42,464 bases of DNA. Origin: Candidatus Bathyarchaeia archaeon (GTDB lineage: Archaea > Thermoproteota > Bathyarchaeia > Bathyarchaeales > Bathycorpusculaceae). The stretch covers positions 1-42,464 of the forward strand of contig JBEKBM010000027.1 in NCBI GenBank assembly GCA_050015395.1. The letters run 5' to 3'. The notes under the pieces were generated by a model. The model was given only the letters and a program-made list of their open reading frames with translations. It was not told where the DNA came from and did no database searches. How positions within the stretch are numbered: position 1 is the stretch's first letter; every line of letters starts with the position of its first letter. Made by a program: the position numbers and the translations under genes. This document shows positions 37,310-42,464 of the stretch, in pieces.

Positions 37310-37534
37310 AAGAGTGCGCTAAAGAAACTCGTTGAGCAATCGCCATCAAAAATATCAAAAGACTATGGTAAACCGTTCATGCAGATTTTCCGCGAAGCAG
37401 ACCGCGACTTCTACAAGATCGACCACGGCTTATTCGCGCCGGCAGTGCTAATGATAAACAACGCTAAAACAGGCAGAACATTCAAGGCAGGACAAATTAA
37501 CCCTGAGGTGCTAGCTGAATCCTTAGGGTTCTAA
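37310..37534 (+). pseudogene. Orphan 3' fragment of a second, divergent mch
   Basis: LKKLVEQSPS..SKDYGKPF..IF.EA..DFYKID..LFAPA...INN..TG.TF.AG..N.EVL..SLG aligns with the C-terminus of the adjacent mch. Confidence 0.85.
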
Positions 37535-37569
37535 TTTTCTTTATTTTTCGTAGTTGCAAGCCTTGTTCT

Positions 37570-38166
37570 TCATTTAGGCAAATTTAATTTAAGGATTTTT
37601 TGTATCCTGTTGGCAATCAAATAACCTATTGGAATGGTGTAGAGCGCCAATGTAGCGTTGAAGAAAGCTGCAAATGGAAGATATCCTATTGTAACTGCCA
37701 GTGGGAAACTAAAGCCGATTGGCGATGGTTGAGGAAGAGCAAAATAAAGAACCACTGACATGAAGGCTACTCTAGTTAGGATTCCTGTTGTTGTTGACAA
37801 GGCAGCCCATTTTGGTCCAAGTTCTGCTCCAGCCTTGTCTGGTTTTCCCCTATAAACTTTTTTTGCGATGATGTGTGCTGAATAGATTCCTACTTGCATG
37901 GATAATGTTGCGGCAAGGTTGTAGATAGGTCCTGTAGGTAGGGCTCCTGGGAAGATTGCGAATAATACTGCCGTGTTCACTAGTGATATGGATAGTCCTG
38001 CAATAGGGCTGATTAGTAGGAAAGCTACTACGATGGGTATTTCCCATATTTGGTATACAAGCCCTTGTGCGAAGGGGGCATAAAAGCCGATGTATGTGAA
38101 GGTTGGGTTTAATGCTATTGCTAAGGCAGCGAAGACTATTGTTAGTGAAAGTGTTTTTGTGTTCAA
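37570..38166 (-). CDS. ECF-type transporter S-component-like membrane protein
   Basis: K.L...IVFAALAIAL, P....L....WEIP, five to six TM helices, FN...A...IP. Confidence 0.7.
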   Translation of the reverse strand: MNTKTLSLTIVFAALAIALNPTFTYIGFYAPFAQGLVYQIWEIPIVVAFLLISPIAGLSISLVNTAVLFAIFPGALPTGPIYNLAATLSMQVGIYSAHIIAKKVYRGKPDKAGAELGPKWAALSTTTGILTRVAFMSVVLYFALPQPSPIGFSFPLAVTIGYLPFAAFFNATLALYTIPIGYLIANRIQKILKLNLPK

Positions 38167-38303
38167 TTTTGTTCGCTCTTTCGGTTGTTCAATGCCGCCG
38201 TTAGCTATTTAAGAGTAGCTACTCAAAAAATGGTAGTGTTCAAAGTAAAATTTGGAAATAATGATAAATAAGTCAATATAAGATAAGATACAGGGAAGCG
38301 CAT

Positions 38304-39554
38304 TTGACGGAAACAATCCAGTTCACATCATCTGGCGAAGTTAAACGGTGGCTTGAAAACCAGACAAGCTCAATCCTCTCGCCTGTGCATGCTCAAGCCA
38401 AAAAATTAAGGGACGATATGAACAACGCAATCGAGGCTGTCGGGGACGTAAGCCAGATGCTCTTGGATAATAGTACAAGAGAAATCGAAAGAAGAAACAT
38501 GAAAGTTTACAATCGAGCCAGAGCCCTAAACAAGCTTTCTCATTTATTTCTTGACCGTCTCAAAAAACTCAATCTTCCAGAAGAAATCTCTTACGATACC
38601 TTAAGTAGATATGCTCAGGAAATTCAAAAAGTCTTTATTGTAATCGATATAGACATTAAGAATTGGTTTCCAAGAATTTCACCCTTCTTCATTATGGATA
38701 GAAGAAAATTTTTAGCCATCTACGAAAGATCTAAACAAGCATATGCAACCCTCAATGACTTTGTTACAAAAGAGTACGTTAAAACTAAAACTTTGGAAGA
38801 AGCCTTCCAGCTTCTAAATGAACTTCAAAACGTCCAACAACAATTAGCTACAATCGGGGAAGAAAAAGAAAAAATAAAGGATGAGCGTACACCGATCGAA
38901 AAAGAAATCGCTGAACTGGAACAAAAAATTGCTGAGTTGAAAAATAGCGGACCGATTGATAAGCTAAACGTGGTAAACGCTGAGATAGACGTGTTAAGCA
39001 GTGAATTGAAACATTCGATTAGGTATCTGCAAAAACCCTTCATAAAAATGCAAGCATTAGCCACCACGGGTGGTGGAGGTGGAATAACTCCGGATGAGCT
39101 TAGCAAGGTGAATCAGTATTTGGAGAAGCCTCTTGAAGCGTTGATAGCTGAGGAGATTGGTTATCCGATGCTTAAGGAGATTTTGCAGAAGCTTGAGAGT
39201 TTAATGGCTGAGGACAAGCTTAAATTAAAATCTGATAAAGCAAGGAAAGCCGAGCAAGCCTTAAATGAGATACTCAAGACAGACTCGCTTGCAAAGCTTC
39301 AAATCAGATGCGTGGAAATGGCAACCACAAAAGAACAGCTGTCAGGTTCTCCAATGATGGATGAGGTAAAACGCGATCTATCCGTGTTTCAGGCGCAGGT
39401 TGACCAGCTAAAAGCGAGAAAAACTAGCATCGAAACACATGAAGCGGTCAAAGAAAATGCGTACAAAGGGGCTGTTGATAAAATCAGCAATCTCAAGCGG
39501 TCAATTGAAAGAGATATTTACAGTTCAATTGAAATAAAGGTTCAAATTCCCTAG
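38304..39554 (+). CDS. Conserved coiled-coil protein of unknown function
   Basis: 416 aa, long E/K/L heptad-rich helices, no Walker A motif. Confidence 0.7.
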   Translation: MTETIQFTSSGEVKRWLENQTSSILSPVHAQAKKLRDDMNNAIEAVGDVSQMLLDNSTREIERRNMKVYNRARALNKLSHLFLDRLKKLNLPEEISYDTLSRYAQEIQKVFIVIDIDIKNWFPRISPFFIMDRRKFLAIYERSKQAYATLNDFVTKEYVKTKTLEEAFQLLNELQNVQQQLATIGEEKEKIKDERTPIEKEIAELEQKIAELKNSGPIDKLNVVNAEIDVLSSELKHSIRYLQKPFIKMQALATTGGGGGITPDELSKVNQYLEKPLEALIAEEIGYPMLKEILQKLESLMAEDKLKLKSDKARKAEQALNEILKTDSLAKLQIRCVEMATTKEQLSGSPMMDEVKRDLSVFQAQVDQLKARKTSIETHEAVKENAYKGAVDKISNLKRSIERDIYSSIEIKVQIP

Positions 39555-39569
39555 TTGCCGTGTTTCGCT

Positions 39570-40490
39570 TTGGATTTATCTTTACTTGTCGAAGAAGCTT
39601 TAAGCGTTCAAAGCAGCGGCTTTATTGAGGCAGTGGACAAAGCCATGTCCTTGCTGCGGAATGAAGATGGGCGCGTCGGCAACTTAACAATAGTAAATCG
39701 GTTAGTTAAACTTGAACCGTTAGGCGAAGCATTAGTAATCGGCGACTTGCATGGCGACTTTGAAAGCCTCATCATTATCCTGCAAACAAGCGGATTCGTC
39801 GAGAAAATGGAGAAAACCAAAGAGGCAACATTGATTTTTTTAGGCGATTACGGCGACAGGGGAGACAAATCAGCAGAAATCTACTACGCAATTCTGAAGC
39901 TCAAGCTTGCTTTTCCCGGGCAAGTTGTTCTGTTGCGGGGAAACCATGAAGCGCCAAAAGACTTGTTGGGTTATCCGCATGATTTGCCCTTCCAATTCCA
40001 AAACAGGTTCGGGGAAGATTGGAAGATGGCTTACGAAAAAACACGGGCTTTATTCGCTTATCTCTATAATGCCGTGTTTGTTGAGGACCGATATTTAATG
40101 GTTCACGGCGGCGTGTCTCCCGAAATCAGAAGTCTCCAAGACATCGCTCAAGCTCAAGAAAACCGCAACGAGGCTTTGCTGGAAGATTTGCTTTGGAGCG
40201 ACCCCGACGAAAACGTACGAGGCATTTCTTCTTCGCCGAGGGGCGCAGGGAAACTCTTTGGCAAAAAAGTAACAAAAGAGGTTCTTGGAAAGTTGAACGC
40301 TAAAATTTTGATAAGAGGCCATGAATCAAGCGACGAAGGATTCAAAATTGACCATGATGGCAAAGTCTTAACTTTGTTCTCAAGAAAAGGCTCACCCTAC
40401 TTTAACAGGTATGGCGCATATTTGCAGTTGCCGCTTTCAGAAAAATTCGAAAACGCTCAGCAGCTTATTCAATGGATCCATAAATTTTAA
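39570..40490 (+). CDS. PPP-family Ser/Thr protein phosphatase
   Basis: GDLHG, GDYGDRG, LRGNHE, HGG, DLLWSDP, SPRGAG..FG, IRGHE, TLFS; likely TTG start 39570. Confidence 0.9.
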   Translation: MDLSLLVEEALSVQSSGFIEAVDKAMSLLRNEDGRVGNLTIVNRLVKLEPLGEALVIGDLHGDFESLIIILQTSGFVEKMEKTKEATLIFLGDYGDRGDKSAEIYYAILKLKLAFPGQVVLLRGNHEAPKDLLGYPHDLPFQFQNRFGEDWKMAYEKTRALFAYLYNAVFVEDRYLMVHGGVSPEIRSLQDIAQAQENRNEALLEDLLWSDPDENVRGISSSPRGAGKLFGKKVTKEVLGKLNAKILIRGHESSDEGFKIDHDGKVLTLFSRKGSPYFNRYGAYLQLPLSEKFENAQQLIQWIHKF

Positions 40491-40592
40491 CTATATCCAA
40501 AATTCTGGAAAATACAATAAACCCCTCTGTTGTGTCAAAGTCACACAACTTTATCTTTTAGTTCGATAACTGAAACAGCTGAGGTGAAAAAC

Positions 40593-40751
40593 ATGTCCAG
40601 TGAAATTGAAAAAATTAAGAAAAAACTAGATGAACTTGACGCAGACATTAAGAAACACGCCGTCCAAGCAGTGCATGCCGACAAGAAAAGACTTGACGAT
40701 TTAGATGCCCGATTGAAAGCCTTGGAAGAAAAAGCGAAAAAGAAAATGTAA
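40593..40751 (+). CDS. Small coiled-coil protein
   Basis: gaggtga SD before ATG 40593; 52 aa helical heptads. Confidence 0.7.
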   Translation: MSSEIEKIKKKLDELDADIKKHAVQAVHADKKRLDDLDARLKALEEKAKKKM

Positions 40752-41050
40752 TTAGGAATGTAGAGACCCGACGCCTCACAAAAACGGCAGTCTACAACCT
40801 GCCTTTTTATAAAATAGTGGATACCTCTTTGGCACTTCGCGCGCTGCCTTGTCCCTTTATTAGGCTCTGTTGGCTTTTGGGGTAAATACGTGGCTCAAGC
40901 TGGGAAGAATAATATCGAATAAAAATAGGGCTTCTATCTCGCGAGAAAGCAGCTTATTCTTTAACCGTCTATTTTGTGTGTCGCACAGCCTACGCACAAC
41001 ATATCATAACCTCCAAGAGACAAAATAATCTGAATCAGGAAGGAAATTCG

Positions 41051-41929
41051 ATGGAGATTGAACGATCATCTTTGGAGAACATGCCGCAATTTGAGATACA
41101 AGTCGAACCAAACATTGTGGTTAAAAAGCCGCAAATAGATTATAAGAAGGCTCTTCAGGATTTTTTAAAAAGTGAATTTTTGGAATTTACATTGGCTGTT
41201 GGTTGTCCCGTACAATGCCTCCGTTATTGTCCGCAAGAAGTGTTTATAAAAAAGTACGGAAATAAAGTACGGTTGATGAGCTTTGAAGTTTTTAAGCAAA
41301 TTCTCGCAAAGGTGCCAACAAGCGCAGGTATTATCTTTTCTGGGTTCTGTGAGCCTTTTGTTAACTCGGATTTCGTAAGGATGGCTGAATACGCATATTA
41401 TAATGGTTACAAATTGCTTGTCTTCACTACATTGTATGGCGCTAAAACAAGCGATGTAGAACGGCTCTTAAACTTGGAATATTCGGGGTTTTGTCTGCAT
41501 CTCCGCGATGGTCAAGTAATTAATTTTCCATTAAGCCCAGAGTATGAACATAACGTATTCAGAGTCATTGAAGGTTTGCCAAATGTCACGTTTAGCTTGA
41601 TGAACGAGTTGTTCACAACAAACAACAGAGAAAACGTAACAAGAGGGGTCCTGCCTATATCCAAGCATGTAGGATTTTGCTCAAAGCTTGTAACACCCCA
41701 ATTTGTTGTTCTTCCTAGCGGGTCTGTACAGCTATGTTGCAATGATTTTGGTCTTCAACATGTAGTAGGGAACCTGTTGAAGGAAGATTATGCTACCATT
41801 AAGAAGAGATTCCTAGCTAAAAAGTGCAGTTACCACTTATGCGAATACTGTAGCAGAAGCGTACCTTACACTCGACACCTGTATGACAAGATGACGGCGA
41901 AAGCCAAAAAAATTGCTGGCCTAAAATAA
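41051..41929 (+). CDS. Radical SAM protein with SPASM/twitch-type C-terminus
   Basis: GCPVQCLRYCPQ, FSGFCEP, C...VLPSG.VQLCC.DF...GNL...CEYC. Confidence 0.8.
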   Translation: MEIERSSLENMPQFEIQVEPNIVVKKPQIDYKKALQDFLKSEFLEFTLAVGCPVQCLRYCPQEVFIKKYGNKVRLMSFEVFKQILAKVPTSAGIIFSGFCEPFVNSDFVRMAEYAYYNGYKLLVFTTLYGAKTSDVERLLNLEYSGFCLHLRDGQVINFPLSPEYEHNVFRVIEGLPNVTFSLMNELFTTNNRENVTRGVLPISKHVGFCSKLVTPQFVVLPSGSVQLCCNDFGLQHVVGNLLKEDYATIKKRFLAKKCSYHLCEYCSRSVPYTRHLYDKMTAKAKKIAGLK

Positions 41930-42044
41930 TTTAGGAAGGTGTCAGCCCACTTTGTGGGCCAGTTAAGGTGTTATAGCAACCGGGCAATTGTTTTAGCTAT
42001 TGCTATTGTAGTTTCGATAGTTGCAGGTGTTCAGTATTTCTATT

Positions 42045-42342
42045 TTATTTTAGTGGAATCACTGTTTTGTCGACGGCGTTTCTGAGTTTGCCGTCGCTGT
42101 ATTGGCTGTCAGCTATCACACTTCTCAATTTAGCCTCAGACTGTTTGAGAATCAGCTTAGTCTTGTCCAGCAGGTTCAGTGAGTGTTTCTGCTCGTTCTG
42201 GTTGGCCGAAGCAAAAGTGCAAGTCAAAGGAAGCATAGTCACAGAATCGATGGATAAGTGAAGCTTGTAACCCAATCCGAAGGTTCTGCCTGCTCTGCCA
42301 ACTCTGGCTTCTATGTCAGAATAGCCTCTCTGATTATCAGTA
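42045..42342 (-). mobile_element. Internal fragment of an IS4/IS5-like DDE transposase
   Basis: SD.EARVG...GYKLHL..D....PL.....AN.NE ... ADSQYS; both ends missing. Confidence 0.75.
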
Positions 42343-42464
42343 GATCAAAAAATTAACCTCATAGTTCCTCCTGAAGACTTAACTCTCCATCAATCGGCTT
42401 CTCCAAATCTGGCAAAAAAGAAATCACCAAGAACACTGCCAAGTGCAGCCTCAAAACGTCAGCT

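Noticed and set aside
40752-40975. tRNA or structured RNA in the intergenic region
   Set aside because: No cloverleaf or T-loop consensus; only a terminator-like ggcag/ctgcc hairpin with T-tract
1225-42261. Numerous 60-150 aa antisense or overlapping ORFs in the track (e.g. 16766-17167, 17810-18241, 19829-20293, 20785-21198, 33374-33760)
   Set aside because: Shadows of well-supported genes, with no motifs or translation signals
1-42464. CRISPR array, rRNA, tRNA, reverse transcriptase or diversity-generating retroelement
   Set aside because: No regularly spaced repeats or RT motifs seen; the ribL and mch duplicate ends differ at all base types rather than specifically at adenines

Overview
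Archaeal chromosomal window. The gene set and style (PQQ-propeller-type surface protein tail, geranylgeranyl reductase, CTP-dependent RibK, Dph5, Mch, many TTG starts) point to Bathyarchaeia; this is an inference, not a database result. Most genes are housekeeping or cofactor genes (asnA with Lrp, pckG, htpX, ribK, ribL, dph5, cobD, cbiB, thiolase-DUF35, WtpABC-ModE, mch, PPP phosphatase), plus a 1.9k-aa DUF4011 SF1 helicase-nuclease (Hhe-like) and a toxin-antitoxin pair whose toxin has a nonsense codon. Main surprises: (1) a stand-alone 184-aa RpoH/Rpo5 with an N-terminal domain resembling the eukaryotic Rpb5 jaw domain; (2) a ~3 kb AT-rich, hairpin-headed island (NDT-like glycosidase, tiny AbrB-like gene, beta-rich + 2TM pair) that splits a SAM methyltransferase and has no integrase or target-site duplication; (3) divergent orphan 3' ends of ribL and mch beside complete alleles, which with end-less transposase shards suggests repeated capture of short foreign DNA by illegitimate recombination (or assembly chimerism); (4) a ~100-bp dispersed non-coding repeat in two inverted copies; (5) translational oddities (CTG start for wtpB, internal SD+TTG molbindin start in modE, unannotated micro-ORFs). 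No rRNA, tRNA or CRISPR array was recognised.
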